Source: Candidatus Woesearchaeota archaeon (GTDB taxonomy: Archaea > Nanobdellota > Nanobdellia > Woesearchaeales > GCA-2686295). Taken from it: DNA of 64,000 nucleotides. Each line of letters starts with the position of its first letter. Position 1 is the first letter of the stretch. The stretch is taken from contig CALDOJ010000034.1 in the NCBI GenBank assembly GCA_937912225.1, positions 556-64,555 on the forward strand. The letters are read 5' to 3'. A program made the translations under genes and the position numbers. The notes under the pieces are model-generated. The model ran no database searches and was not told the DNA's origin. It saw only the letters and a list, made by a program, of their open reading frames with translations. Below are positions 1 to 10,366 of the stretch, one piece after another.

Positions 1-1457
1 GCTTCTTCTTTCATCTTTTCAATGTCCGCTTCTGAAAGGTTACTTGACGCAGTTATTTTGATGCTTTGTTCTTTTCCAGTTCCTAAATCTTTTGCATTTA
101 CATGAACTATTCCATTTGCATCAATATCAAATGTAACTTCTACTTGAGGTATTCCTCTTGGTGCTGGCGGTAGTCCTACTAAGTCAAATTGACCTAATAA
201 TTTATTATCAGCAGCCATGCTTCTTTCTCCTTGGAATACTCTGATTGTTACTGCTGTTTGATTATCGGCTGCAGTACTAAAGACTTGACTTTTCTTGCTT
301 GGAATAGTGGTGTTTCTTTCTATTAAACTAGTCATTACGCCTCCCAAAGTTTCAATTCCTAAACTTAGTGGTGTTACGTCTAATAGTAAAACATCTTTTA
401 CTTCTCCACCTAAGATTCCTGCTTGAATTGCAGCTCCTAATGCTACTGCTTCGTCAGGGTTTACGCTTTTATCCCCTTCTTTACCAGTAATAGTTTTTAC
501 TAAAGCTTCAACTGATGGAATTCTTGTACTTCCACCAACCAATATTACTTTGTTGATGTCACTTGAAGACATTTTCGCATCTTTTAGTGCTAATTGTGTT
601 GGAACTTTTAATCGTTCTAAGATTGGTTCTAGCATATTTTCGAATTCTGCTCTTGACAAATCCAAGTTTAAATGTTGTTTTTCTGCAATAAAAGGTATGT
701 TAACATTTGCTTTAACTTTTGTTGACAACTCAATTTTTAATTTTTCAGCTGCTTCTTTTAGTCTTTGCATCGCAGTTTTATCAGATGTTAAATCAATTCC
801 TTCTTTGTTTTTGAATTGTTCTGCCATCCAGTCTACTAGCATTTTATCAATATCATCTCCACCTAAGTTGTTATCTCCGTTTGTTGCTTTTACTTCAAAG
901 ACTCCATCTCCTAGTTCTAAAATTGATACGTCAAAGGTTCCGCCTCCAAAATCAAATACTAATATTGTATGATCATGTCCTTTGTCTAATCCGTATGCTA
1001 AGCTTGCTGCTGTTGGTTCGTTAATTATTCTTAAGACTTCTAATCCTGCAATTTTTCCTGCGTCTTTTGTTGCTTGTCTTTGACTATCTTCAAAGTATGC
1101 AGGAACTGTGATTACTGCTTGAGTTACTTCATGTCCTAAATATGCTTCTGCATCTTTTTTTAGTTTTTGAAGAACCATTGCACTAATTTCTTGTGGCGAG
1201 TAGTCTTTATCCCAAATTTTAGCTTTAAAATCTGAACCCATCTTTCTTTTAATACTTGAAACTGTGTGTTCTGGATTTGTAACTGCTTGGTTTCTAGCTA
1301 CTTGTCCTACTAATCTTTCTCCATCTTTAGTTACACTAACTACTGATGGCGTTGTTCTTTGTCCTTCAGCATTTGATATTATTATCGGCTTTCCACCTTC
1401 TAATACTGATACTGCTGAAAATGTTGTTCCTAAATCAATTCCAATTATTTTTCCCAT
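1..1457 (-). CDS. dnaK: Hsp70 chaperone DnaK (3' end runs off the window)
   Basis: Read manually: [16 protein letters not shown]..., [33 protein letters not shown]. Lacks the ~23-aa Gram-negative insert. GAGGT SD upstream. Absent from the ORF track because it is truncated. Confidence 0.97.
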   Translation of the reverse strand, partial: MGKIIGIDLGTTFSAVSVLEGGKPIIISNAEGQRTTPSVVSVTKDGERLVGQVARNQAVTNPEHTVSSIKRKMGSDFKAKIWDKDYSPQEISAMVLQKLKKDAEAYLGHEVTQAVITVPAYFEDSQRQATKDAGKIAGLEVLRIINEPTAASLAYGLDKGHDHTILVFDFGGGTFDVSILELGDGVFEVKATNGDNNLGGDDIDKMLVDWMAEQFKNKEGIDLTSDKTAMQRLKEAAEKLKIELSTKVKANVNIPFIAEKQHLNLDLSRAEFENMLEPILERLKVPTQLALKDAKMSSSDINKVILVGGSTRIPSVEALVKTITGKEGDKSVNPDEAVALGAAIQAGILGGEVKDVLLLDVTPLSLGIETLGGVMTSLIERNTTIPSKKSQVFSTAADNQTAVTIRVFQGERSMAADNKLLGQFDLVGLPPAPRGIPQVEVTFDIDANGIVHVNAKDLGTGKEQSIKITASSNLSEADIEKMKEE

Positions 1458-1543
1458 TTTATTTACCTCGTGTTTATTTTTTTAGATTCTATTTTTTCGA
1501 TACCATCAAAAAACTTTGTTTTTTGGGGGGTCCCAAAACACAG

Positions 1544-2005
1544 TTAGTGTTTTGATACTTTTACTTTTGAGTGCCTTAACACTTTATCTTTGATCATATA
1601 TCCTTTTTGTAATTCTTCAAGGACGGTGTTTGGTTCTTTTTTTGATTTCTCCGTTAATAATGCTTCATGAAGGTATGGATCAAATTGTTTGTTCACTGCA
1701 ATTATTGGCTGCAATCCTTTATCTTCCAGCATTTGTAATAGCTGAGCATATATTAGCTCCATTCCTTTTGAGAAATCTGTTTTTTCAGTGTTGCTTTTCA
1801 ATGCTAGTTCAAAGTTGTCTATTATTAATAGCAATTCTTTGATTAAGTTTTGTTCTGCTCGTTCTTTAAATTGAATTATTTCTTGTTCTGTTCGCTTTCG
1901 GTAGTTGTCAAACTCTGCTTGTAATCTTTGTAAGGTATCTATAAGTTCGCCTATCCTTCGATCTTTCTCGTCAATAGTTTGTTTTTTTATTGCTTTCTTA
2001 ACCAT
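1544..2005 (-). CDS. grpE: Nucleotide exchange factor GrpE
   Basis: LQRLQAEFDNYRKR, FDPYLHEA, QKGY..KDKVLR motifs; directly upstream of dnaK. Confidence 0.96.
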   Translation of the reverse strand: MVKKAIKKQTIDEKDRRIGELIDTLQRLQAEFDNYRKRTEQEIIQFKERAEQNLIKELLLIIDNFELALKSNTEKTDFSKGMELIYAQLLQMLEDKGLQPIIAVNKQFDPYLHEALLTEKSKKEPNTVLEELQKGYMIKDKVLRHSKVKVSKH

Positions 2006-2162
2006 TTCAAATCCTCTTTTCCGTTGACTTTAAATCAACGAAGTTTAAGTTAGGTAGTACCAAGGCATATATAAAGCTTTCGATTTCGCAAATCATTTAT
2101 TAACTACTGTGCAGGAGTTAAAAAAAGAAACATTTATATATTAGAAGTATTAATAATAAAAT

Positions 2163-2834
2163 ATGAATTGGAAGAATATTCTTTTAACAAGCGTATTAAT
2201 AGCAACTACTCTATATAATTGCAAGCCACATACAGAATTAAAAATTAGTAACAACACTGGTAAAAAAACATTCATTTCTCAAGAAGAAGGAGAACAGGAT
2301 CTTCAAATATTAGCGCAATACAAAAATAAAGAAGATGCATGGATATATTTTGATGGAATGTGGGCTGATATTGGAACCAACATAACAAACAACAGTGTTA
2401 GCAAATCTAATAGTACAATTCTTAATGCAATCCCTGAAGATGTCTTGTCATCCATAACAATTCATGAATACCACACACATCCAGGTAACGAATTCATTAA
2501 CAATACCCCACCAGGACCAAGCGATTATAAATCTTTAGCTGAAAATAAAAAATTTCTAAGAGCACAGCGAAACGTTAATGTTGTTGGAAATGTAGTTACA
2601 GCAACAGGTGTTTGGACTTACGACTTAACTCGACATTTAACATATAAATTAACAAGTCCACAAGAACAATTACAAAAAAAAGTATCATCACAATTATCAG
2701 AACAAACATTCTACTTGGCAGGAAGAGTTTTCACAAATCCTGATTTAAACAAAGAAGAACAAATTCAATCATTTATAGACTCTATGAAAGTTGAAGGCGT
2801 ATTAATGCAATATAAACCGTTTGAAAAAAACTAA
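2163..2834 (+). CDS. Secreted/lipoprotein-like protein with JAB/MPN-like metal motif
   Basis: N-terminal hydrophobic signal ending LYNC; E...EYHTHP...PPGPSD resembles the JAB E-HxH-(S)xxD motif; TATA (TTTATATA) about 25 nt upstream, leaderless. Confidence 0.55.
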   Translation: MNWKNILLTSVLIATTLYNCKPHTELKISNNTGKKTFISQEEGEQDLQILAQYKNKEDAWIYFDGMWADIGTNITNNSVSKSNSTILNAIPEDVLSSITIHEYHTHPGNEFINNTPPGPSDYKSLAENKKFLRAQRNVNVVGNVVTATGVWTYDLTRHLTYKLTSPQEQLQKKVSSQLSEQTFYLAGRVFTNPDLNKEEQIQSFIDSMKVEGVLMQYKPFEKN

Positions 2835-2839
2835 CTCAC

Positions 2840-3655
2840 TTATTCTTTAACAAAAACATTCAAGTCTTCTAACTCCATAGAATAAGGTATTAAATAATCC
2901 GTTCCTTTAGAAGAACCAGCCCAATTATAACCGTCATATGATAATCTCTCAGCAACCTCCATAAAAGGATTTGCAGGAGTGCCTATAACTATTGCACCAA
3001 AATTTAAAGGAATTGAAGGATAACGGTTTTCTAAAAAATCCAACACATCATGACCTCCCTTCATCAACAAAGTGTTTGTTGCACAATTATATTCAGGAAT
3101 AATCTCAGGTTTCTCAGCATCACCAGTAACTCGAAATGGCTTCTGAGATTCGTCAATTATATCTTGTGATTTTAAAGTACTAACTATATCGTTAATTCGC
3201 GCATCAGAGTAAGTATCTACATCCCACCACATATTAGGAACTTCTTCTTCTTGATAAAAACCAATATCCTGAAAAACAACTTTGTCAAAAATTCTTAACC
3301 AATAAAAATCAACTCCTGAAAAAGGATAATAACATTCGCCCTTAACAGATTCTGGCAGAAAAGAAGCAATGTTATCCAATACTCGAACAGCTTCGTTCAT
3401 TGCAGGATAACCTTCTTTTGCTTCTAAAGCTTCAAGTTCTCTATATCCATTCACATAACCAACCCATTCAACAGCAACAGCATTATGCATTCTAGAAATA
3501 AAATCTTGATCTTCAAGAGCTTTTTTTAAGTTACCATCATATTCGTTTCCAAGCATGTTTGTTGCAGTACTTAATGCTCGTTTATGAGCTGCTTTTATAC
3601 TCGATTCAAGGTTTATACGCTCAGCAGATTTAGTCATTGTGATTGTTAGGGCCAT
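2840..3655 (-). CDS. Hypothetical protein (possible SAM-methyltransferase-like fold)
   Basis: 271-aa ORF overlapping the upstream gene; CYYPFSGVDF weakly resembles a class I MTase motif I. Confidence 0.5.
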   Translation of the reverse strand: MALTITMTKSAERINLESSIKAAHKRALSTATNMLGNEYDGNLKKALEDQDFISRMHNAVAVEWVGYVNGYRELEALEAKEGYPAMNEAVRVLDNIASFLPESVKGECYYPFSGVDFYWLRIFDKVVFQDIGFYQEEEVPNMWWDVDTYSDARINDIVSTLKSQDIIDESQKPFRVTGDAEKPEIIPEYNCATNTLLMKGGHDVLDFLENRYPSIPLNFGAIVIGTPANPFMEVAERLSYDGYNWAGSSKGTDYLIPYSMELEDLNVFVKE

Positions 3656-4442
3656 TTAGATATTTCTCTTTAAAAGCTTTAATTGGATGAATTGCTACAC
3701 TTGCTTTAATCGGATGAGCTAACCAATACAAAGCACCTCCAAGTTGTTTTACAGGAGTATAAATTTCTTCTTTACCACCAAACTCTTCAAGATGATCTTT
3801 GACATAAGTTTTGCCAGTTTTCTTTACATGATCAAGTTCAATTCTAGAAATATTATAACCTTCTCTTAAATCAGCTTTAAACTGTTGAAATGCATTCCTA
3901 GTATATATACTGTCTCTTTGAAGTTCAATAGGAGCGCCATACCATTGTTTAATTGCATTGCTTAATCCAGTAGTTAAAAAAACTGATTCTGAGCTTGGAT
4001 TAATTATATCTTCCATTAAATCTCTTATTGTTTGATTATGTTCGCCACACATACAGTTTATAACCGCTTTGTCAAGATCATTTTCTTCAGACATTAATTT
4101 AAACTGTCTTATTAATCGACCATTATCAAGCGTTAAAGGAAACTCTCTTCGATAATCATCTATTTTGTCTATGATTGATAATCCCATTTTATCACGCGCT
4201 TTTACATGTTCTAGAATTTCATTTGGAGAATAAAACTGTTTACCAGATTGTATTTTATCAGGAATTTGACCTAGTTTACCATAAGTATCAGAAAAGTTCC
4301 TAGTTTTTTTTCTTTCGTAACTATCAACCCATTCAGAAAGTCCGTCTTCAATTATTTGCTGTATTGCAGGATTATGAGAAGTTAAATCAGTTTCTCTAAT
4401 TAATTCAACAAGTTCGTCAAAAGTATGTTTTTCAGTCATCAA
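3630..4442 (-). CDS. Hypothetical protein
   Basis: 270-aa ORF with GGTGA SD upstream; no recognised motif. Confidence 0.6.
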   Translation of the reverse strand: MMTEKHTFDELVELIRETDLTSHNPAIQQIIEDGLSEWVDSYERKKTRNFSDTYGKLGQIPDKIQSGKQFYSPNEILEHVKARDKMGLSIIDKIDDYRREFPLTLDNGRLIRQFKLMSEENDLDKAVINCMCGEHNQTIRDLMEDIINPSSESVFLTTGLSNAIKQWYGAPIELQRDSIYTRNAFQQFKADLREGYNISRIELDHVKKTGKTYVKDHLEEFGGKEEIYTPVKQLGGALYWLAHPIKASVAIHPIKAFKEKYLNGPNNHND

Positions 4443-4571
4443 GCATCACCTATTACTCGAAGGAATACAGAATAATTTATAAAACTATTTCTTAATAACC
4501 ACTTAAAAGTTAATAATAATTAAATCAACATAAATCATTTTAATAAAACACAAATTCAAAACCTTTTTAAA

Positions 4572-4592
4572 TTATTGTCAATACAACACTAT
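4572..4592 (+). promoter_or_regulatory. Putative NrtR autoregulatory operator
   Basis: TTATTGT-CAATACA-ACACTAT fits the GT-N7-AC 21-bp palindrome; lies between the TATA (TTTTTAAA) and the nrtR start. Confidence 0.7.
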
Positions 4593-5280
4593 GATGAGTC
4601 TGGAAAATCGAAATCAAAATATTCTTTTAACAGTAGATATCATTGTTTTCTCAGTTATGCATGATAAATTAAATGTTCTTCTTATCAAAAGAAAAAACCC
4701 TCCTTTTCAAGGAGAATACGCTTTACCAGGTGGTTTTGTGAAAGATGATGAAGATTTACAAGAAGCTGCTAGACGAGAGTTAGTTGAAGAAACTAATGTT
4801 AAAAACATTTTCATGAAAAAATTGAATGTTTATGGTAAAGTTGATAGAGACCCTAGAGGTAGAGTTGTAAGTGCAGCTTACATTGCTTTAATTGACCATG
4901 AAAAGTTTCAATTAAAAGCTACAACTGATGCTTTAAAAGCAGAATGGATTCCATATGAGCACATTAAAGTTTTAGCTTTTGATCATAAAAAAATTTTATC
5001 TGAAGCATTAAAAGAATTAAGATATGATGTTCAAACAACAAATATTGCATCCCAATTATTACCTAATAGATTTACACTCACAGAACTTCAAAGATTGTAT
5101 GAAACCATATTAAACCAAGAACTTGATAAAAGAAATTTCAGGAAAAAAATAAAAACTTTCGAGATTCTAAAACCATTGAATGAAACTAAGATGGAAGGCG
5201 CGCATAGACCTGCTCAATTATTTTCATTTAAAGAAAAAGATTATCAACCATTAAAGGATAAAATTAAAGTATTTCTTTAA
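4591..5280 (+). CDS. nrtR: NrtR-family regulator (NUDIX + winged helix), ADP-ribose-responsive NAD regulator
   Basis: ALPGGFV...AARRELVEET Nudix box, RDPRGRVVS, LAFDH; C-terminal FTLTELQRLYE..LDKRNFRKK..HRPAQLF wHTH. Confidence 0.92.
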   Translation: MMSLENRNQNILLTVDIIVFSVMHDKLNVLLIKRKNPPFQGEYALPGGFVKDDEDLQEAARRELVEETNVKNIFMKKLNVYGKVDRDPRGRVVSAAYIALIDHEKFQLKATTDALKAEWIPYEHIKVLAFDHKKILSEALKELRYDVQTTNIASQLLPNRFTLTELQRLYETILNQELDKRNFRKKIKTFEILKPLNETKMEGAHRPAQLFSFKEKDYQPLKDKIKVFL

Positions 5281-5282
5281 TT

Positions 5283-5855
5283 ATGAAAATGTATAGAAGA
5301 CTAAATGAGTTTTATAAAGCTCAAAAATGGAAAGAAAATCACCCTTTAACTAAACTTGGTAAAGTCTTTAAAATTATTACACTAACTTCTTTTTGTTATT
5401 TTGGTTTAAACACAGGCCATAATTTGTATCAAGATAAACAACTCATGTTTTCAGAAACAGGTCAAGAAATCATTCATCTTGAGAAAGTAAACCTTTCTTT
5501 AAACATGGAGAAAGCAAATCTTAAAAAAAATAACGCGAATTCTTATAGGTTAAATAATGCTTTTGAAGATTATGAATTAATTATTAATCAAGATTCAACT
5601 ATTAAAACTCAATTAAATGAACTTGCCGGCAGAAATGAATGTGAGAAAAAAATTGCAAGCATAGAATCAATAGTTTCAACTATTGAAGAAAAAGTTGATT
5701 CTTTGGAAAGTTCAGAACCTTATAAAGAAACATTAGACTCAATAAATAACAATACTAAAAAAAATGGTCTTATTGCTTTAATTTCATGTTTAGGTGTTTT
5801 CTTATCTTTGAAAATAGAAACTGTTGGCTATGAAAAAAAAGAACGAGAATATTAA
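5283..5855 (+). CDS. Hypothetical membrane protein with coiled coil
   Basis: Two hydrophobic segments flanking a helical region. Confidence 0.6.
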   Translation: MKMYRRLNEFYKAQKWKENHPLTKLGKVFKIITLTSFCYFGLNTGHNLYQDKQLMFSETGQEIIHLEKVNLSLNMEKANLKKNNANSYRLNNAFEDYELIINQDSTIKTQLNELAGRNECEKKIASIESIVSTIEEKVDSLESSEPYKETLDSINNNTKKNGLIALISCLGVFLSLKIETVGYEKKEREY

Positions 5856-5883
5856 TTCAAAATTAAATGTCGTTATAAAAAAA

Positions 5884-6279
5884 TTATTCTTTACTTCGTC
5901 TTGTTTGTATGTTCCAATCAGGCAAATCTTTTTCTAACAATCTTAATTGAGCAGTATTTATAGGCAGATTATAATGAAAGTCAAGACCTTCAAAAATCAT
6001 TAGTTGATATTTATGATGAGCTCTTACTTCGCCTGTTCCTCGTAGATGATACTCGTGACCAACAGGCGCTGGAACTTGACCGCTTATGCCTTTTAATGGC
6101 TCGCACATTTCATAACTAACTTCATTTTCATCAAGAAAAGATTTTAACATATCAGGATGTTGTACACCAACTTTGTCAAATATAATATAATTTTGTCCAC
6201 GCAGTTCTAACTGAACCACATTATTAATACATCTATCTTGAGGGGTGTTTACCATCTTGACTAAAGTTGGTTTGTTCAT
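5884..6279 (-). CDS. Hypothetical protein
   Basis: 131-aa ORF with a TATA-like element upstream. Confidence 0.55.
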   Translation of the reverse strand: MNKPTLVKMVNTPQDRCINNVVQLELRGQNYIIFDKVGVQHPDMLKSFLDENEVSYEMCEPLKGISGQVPAPVGHEYHLRGTGEVRAHHKYQLMIFEGLDFHYNLPINTAQLRLLEKDLPDWNIQTRRSKE

Positions 6280-6358
6280 TTTAAATCTGTGAGTAAAATT
6301 TAATAAAAAGAATTAAAAATTCATATATAAAGATTTGCTTAATAAGAATAGAAAACAA

Positions 6359-6754
6359 TTATTCTATCATAGAAGTGTGCATGATCTCAATTACAAAATT
6401 AATGAACAAGTCTGGTAAGTCAAACCACAATTCAATATCAGACCAACCACCTTGTCTGAAAGTTAAACCTTTATTTTCAGCCCATTGTTTGATTTTTTCA
6501 ACATCTTCTTTATGAGTAGTTGATATGAATGCAATATGAGTATTAATTTTTTTTTCAATTGGAAGAATTTGTTGATCTTCAGTTTCAATTATTTGAATAT
6601 CAATAGATAGAGGTTTTTGTTGAAACATACACCATCGTTCATCTCCTTCTCTGTAAGTCATCTCGCAACCTAATTGTTCAAAGAGTTCTATAATTAATTC
6701 TAAACTATTTGGTCTTATATCATATGCAAAATGATGTAATTTTGAGTTCATCAT
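6359..6754 (-). CDS. VOC/glyoxalase-like protein
   Basis: LHHFAY...THIAF...VIEI repeated beta-alpha-beta-beta-beta pattern. Confidence 0.7.
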   Translation of the reverse strand: MMNSKLHHFAYDIRPNSLELIIELFEQLGCEMTYREGDERWCMFQQKPLSIDIQIIETEDQQILPIEKKINTHIAFISTTHKEDVEKIKQWAENKGLTFRQGGWSDIELWFDLPDLFINFVIEIMHTSMIE

Positions 6755-6807
6755 TATTAGTTAGAAATCAATCTTTAAAAATTTTTAGAAAGAATAGACA
6801 TCCAATC

Positions 6808-6915
6808 TATATACTTAAAAACCACAATATTTATATATGGTAAGTGTTTAACTAACACTAAGATAATAAAACAACACTCATTTTTGCAAAAGACTAAGTG
6901 TAAAAAAAACAATAA
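6808..6915 (+). promoter_or_regulatory. Promoter/leader of nadBAC operon with two NrtR-type operators (copy 1 of a duplicated element)
   Basis: TATA TTTATATA 6830-6837; TAAGTGT-TTAACTA-ACACTAA 6841-6861; TAAGTGT-AAAAAAA-ACAATAA 6895-6915; near-identical copy at 16797-16905. Confidence 0.85.
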
Positions 6916-6976
6916 GGCAATCAAAAGCAATGCTTTTGGGTCTGGAAATAAAAAATAAAATTTCAAGGTGAAACAA

Positions 6977-7390
6977 ATGAGCAAAGAAAACTTGGTGGAA
7001 AAAGTCGTACAATACGTAAAACGTGCAGAACAAGAAAAAGACATCCCTTCATACCCAATAGATGAAGAAGACACTTACAAATACATAACAGGCAATTCTA
7101 GTGAACGAAGCAATGATCGAAGAACAGGAGGAATATACACTGGAAGATTCATTGATGTTGTAGCAACAATAGTTCAAAAATCTGATTTCTATGGTTTCTG
7201 GTGTAGCGAAGTTAACAATTCAAGCAACGGATACTTAATTCATTACAGACCTCAAATCGAAACAGTAAATGAAATTGAAGGACTTGACGACTATGTTATA
7301 AAAATACAAACTCTAGAAGAGGAAGCAGAGCAACTAGGTGTAAAACTAGAAGGATTAAACAAACAAATAGAAGAGAATTATTCAAAATAA
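6977..7390 (+). CDS. Hypothetical protein, first gene of the NrtR-controlled nad operon
   Basis: AGGTGA SD then ATG at 6977; C-terminal coiled coil. Confidence 0.65.
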   Translation: MSKENLVEKVVQYVKRAEQEKDIPSYPIDEEDTYKYITGNSSERSNDRRTGGIYTGRFIDVVATIVQKSDFYGFWCSEVNNSSNGYLIHYRPQIETVNEIEGLDDYVIKIQTLEEEAEQLGVKLEGLNKQIEENYSK

Positions 7391-7412
7391 AAACAAAGAG
7401 GTGAACATAAAA

Positions 7413-7679
7413 ATGGTATTAAACGCGAACGAAGTGGAAAAGAAAACTACTGCAGATAAAATAAAAATTACTCGATTAGAAACTTTAATTGATAAAGCAT
7501 TAAAAAGAAATTTTCGAGGAAGTCATAGCTCAGTAATTTTTGAATATGAAACTGCAATAACTGCACTTAAACCATATCACTTACAAGAATTATTTAATGA
7601 ATATAGACAACAAGGTTGGGACGTTCAAGAACATTCAGACCAAAGAGAAGGAGAATACATCACTTTTTCAAAAAAATGA
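7413..7679 (+). CDS. Small hypothetical protein
   Basis: GAGGTGA SD then ATG at 7413; 88 aa. Confidence 0.6.
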   Translation: MVLNANEVEKKTTADKIKITRLETLIDKALKRNFRGSHSSVIFEYETAITALKPYHLQELFNEYRQQGWDVQEHSDQREGEYITFSKK

Positions 7680-7788
7680 AAGAATTAACTAAAAGACTTA
7701 AAGATAAAACAATATTACTAGGTGCAAAATGAAACAAACAAAATTTAAAATTTTGGAACTTCAAAATTATGCTGAGGTGAAATTTTGA
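7676..7788 (+). other. Two chained micro-ORFs (18 aa, 7676-7732; 19 aa, 7729-7788) bridging to nadB
   Basis: MKELTKRLKDKTILLGAK* and MKQTKFKILELQNYAEVKF*, joined by ATGA overlaps; the second stop overlaps the nadB TTG start (TTGA). Confidence 0.45.
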
Positions 7789-9407
7789 AACAAATTGAAT
7801 TTTTAATCATTGGAAGTGGAATTGCAGGCCTTCGAGCAGCAATCGAACTAAGCAAGCAAGGAAAGCAATCAACAATCATAACCAAAACAACTGTTGAAGA
7901 CTCAAATACAATGTATGCGCAAGGAGGAATTGCAGGAGTAGATCCTGTAAGAGTTGCAAATAACGAAGATAGTTTTGAATCACATGCGAATGATACAATT
8001 AACGCTGGTAAAGGATTAGTTAATGAAACAGTTGCACACAACTTTGCAAATCAAGCTTATGAAACAATTGATTTCTTAATGCAAGAAGGAGTTGAATTTA
8101 CTAAAAATGGCAAAAGTTATCCTTATGAATTACATCAAGAAGGAGGCCATGAACATCCTAGAATTTATTGCGTTGGAGACTTTACAGGTAAGGCAATTGA
8201 AGAAACACTTGTAGAAGTTGTAAAAGCAGATCCGAACATCACAATCCTAGAACAACACTCAGCAATCAACTTAATTACAAATGAAAAGTGCTTAGGCGCT
8301 TACGTCTTAAATAGGGAAACTGAAGAAATCGTCACAATCCAAGCGAAGAAAACTTTCTTAGCAACAGGAGGGGCAGGAAGGGTTTTTCAATACACAAGTA
8401 ACCCTCAAAATGCAACTGGCGATGGAATTGCAATGGCTTACAAAGCAGGTGCAAGAATCGCTAACATGGAATTCGTCCAATTCCACCCTAGCGTACTCTA
8501 CGAAGAAAACCCTAAAGACCCTTCAGAAAAAAGATTCTTATTAACTGAGGCTTTAAGAGGAGCAAAAATGGGTGGAATCTTAACAAATGATAAAGAATCA
8601 TTAGAAGATTTCGTGCTTAATTATAACCAAGAAGGATCACATTCAACAAGAGATATCGTTGCAAGAGCAATCGATACTGAAATGAAAACAAAAGGACTAA
8701 AGAATGTTTGGCTTAATGTAACGCCAGTTGTTACTGGCAAAAGCGAAGAATACATTAAAGAACATTTTCCAAAAATTTATGAGAAATGCTTAGAAAAAGG
8801 TATTGATATAACTAAAGAAGCAGCTCCAGTTGTTCCTGCAGCACATTATACTTGCGGAGGAGTCTTAGTTAATGAACATGGAGAAACAGACATTCCTAAT
8901 TTATATGCAATAGGTGAAGTTTCATACACAGGACTAATGGGTGCAAATAGACTTGCTTCAAACTCATTAACAGAAGGAGCACTTTATGGAAGACTTGCTG
9001 TAGAACACGCATTAGAAACAGCAGATAATGAAGAATATCAAACAATTGCAGATTGGGAAACTAGTCAAATTAAAGAAAACATTGATGTTGCAACTAGAAA
9101 CCAGTTTTGGGATACAACAAGACAAATAATGAGCAATATGTGTGGAATTGACAGAACTGCAGAGCGATTAAGTCTAGCATCAACTACAATTGATGCATTG
9201 GCTGACGCCGCAAATGAATTTTACTGGAATCACTTTCCAACAGCTGAAATCATTGAATTAAGAAATATAACACAAGTTGCAAAACTAATAGTTGATTCAG
9301 CAAAACAACGAAAAGAAAGCAGGGGCGGACATTACCGTTCAGACTTTCCAGAAATGAATGAAGATTACAATACAATAACAATAATTCAAAAAGAATTATT
9401 AAACTAA
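7785..9407 (+). CDS. nadB: L-aspartate oxidase
   Basis: IIGSGIAGL FAD motif, AQGGIA, EGGH, LATGGAG, MEFVQFHP, AHYTCGG, GANRLASNSL, ESRGGHYR; followed by nadA and nadC. Confidence 0.95.
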   Translation: MKQIEFLIIGSGIAGLRAAIELSKQGKQSTIITKTTVEDSNTMYAQGGIAGVDPVRVANNEDSFESHANDTINAGKGLVNETVAHNFANQAYETIDFLMQEGVEFTKNGKSYPYELHQEGGHEHPRIYCVGDFTGKAIEETLVEVVKADPNITILEQHSAINLITNEKCLGAYVLNRETEEIVTIQAKKTFLATGGAGRVFQYTSNPQNATGDGIAMAYKAGARIANMEFVQFHPSVLYEENPKDPSEKRFLLTEALRGAKMGGILTNDKESLEDFVLNYNQEGSHSTRDIVARAIDTEMKTKGLKNVWLNVTPVVTGKSEEYIKEHFPKIYEKCLEKGIDITKEAAPVVPAAHYTCGGVLVNEHGETDIPNLYAIGEVSYTGLMGANRLASNSLTEGALYGRLAVEHALETADNEEYQTIADWETSQIKENIDVATRNQFWDTTRQIMSNMCGIDRTAERLSLASTTIDALADAANEFYWNHFPTAEIIELRNITQVAKLIVDSAKQRKESRGGHYRSDFPEMNEDYNTITIIQKELLN

Positions 9408-9456
9408 AGTCTCGGAGAGATTTAAGTAACAATTGTACAGAAGGAGGCATAAAAAA

Positions 9457-10365
9457 ATGGATGAGAAACAATTAGTAAAAGAAATTAAAAGGTTAAAAAA
9501 AGAAAAAAACGCAATTATTCTAGTGCATAATTATCAAAGACCAGAAATCTACCAAGTAGCAGATTTACTAGGAGATTCTTTAGAATTAGCAAAGAAAGCA
9601 GCTGAAACTGATAAAGACACAATAGTTTTTTGTGGAGTTCATTTTATGGCTGAAACAGCCAAATTATTGAATCCTTCAAAGAAAGTTTTACTGCCTGAAA
9701 TCAACGCAGGATGTCCAATGGCAGACATGGTAAAACCTGAAGATGTAGCTAGAATGAGAAAGGAACATCCAAAAGCAGTTGTTGCTTGCTACATTAATAC
9801 TACTGCTGAAACAAAAGCATTATGTGATATCTGTGTAACTTCAGCAAATGCAGTAGACGTAATTAACTCACTTGATGCAGATGAAGTAATTTTTGTTCCA
9901 GACATGAACTTGGGAAATTATGTTCAAAAGTTTACAAAGAAAAAAATGATTCCTTTCCAAGGATATTGTCACGTACACCATTCATTTGATGAAGAAAAAT
10001 TAAAACTTGCAAAAGAAAAATATCCTAAAGCAGTTGTAATAGCTCATCCTGAATGTCCTGAATTTATTTTAAAACATGCAGACGAAATTAGGTCCACTTC
10101 AGGCATGATTACTGCAGCAAGAGATAGTGACGCTCAAGAATTTTTAATTGCAACAGAACTTGGAATGATTGAAAGATTAAAACTTGAAGTTCCTGAAAAA
10201 ACCTTTTATTCAGCAGGAGCTATAAGAGTTTGTCCTAACATGAAAAAGACTTTTTTAGAATCAGTCTACAAAGCATTAAGAGATGATCAATACGAGATTG
10301 AAGTTCCAGAAGCAATTGCAACAAAAGCAGTTGAATGTGTTAACAGAATGATGAAGGTGAAATAA
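9457..10365 (+). CDS. nadA: Quinolinate synthase
   Basis: HNYQRPE, GDSLELA, FCGVHFMAETAK, AGCPMA, CHVH, AHPEC, CPNMK; AGGAGG SD before ATG at 9457. Confidence 0.97.
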   Translation: MDEKQLVKEIKRLKKEKNAIILVHNYQRPEIYQVADLLGDSLELAKKAAETDKDTIVFCGVHFMAETAKLLNPSKKVLLPEINAGCPMADMVKPEDVARMRKEHPKAVVACYINTTAETKALCDICVTSANAVDVINSLDADEVIFVPDMNLGNYVQKFTKKKMIPFQGYCHVHHSFDEEKLKLAKEKYPKAVVIAHPECPEFILKHADEIRSTSGMITAARDSDAQEFLIATELGMIERLKLEVPEKTFYSAGAIRVCPNMKKTFLESVYKALRDDQYEIEVPEAIATKAVECVNRMMKVK

Positions 10366-10366
10366 A

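Noticed and set aside
550-1555. Plus-strand ORFs 550-972, 1264-1485 and 1346-1555
   Set aside because: Antisense shadows of dnaK, which the ORF track missed because it runs off the window.
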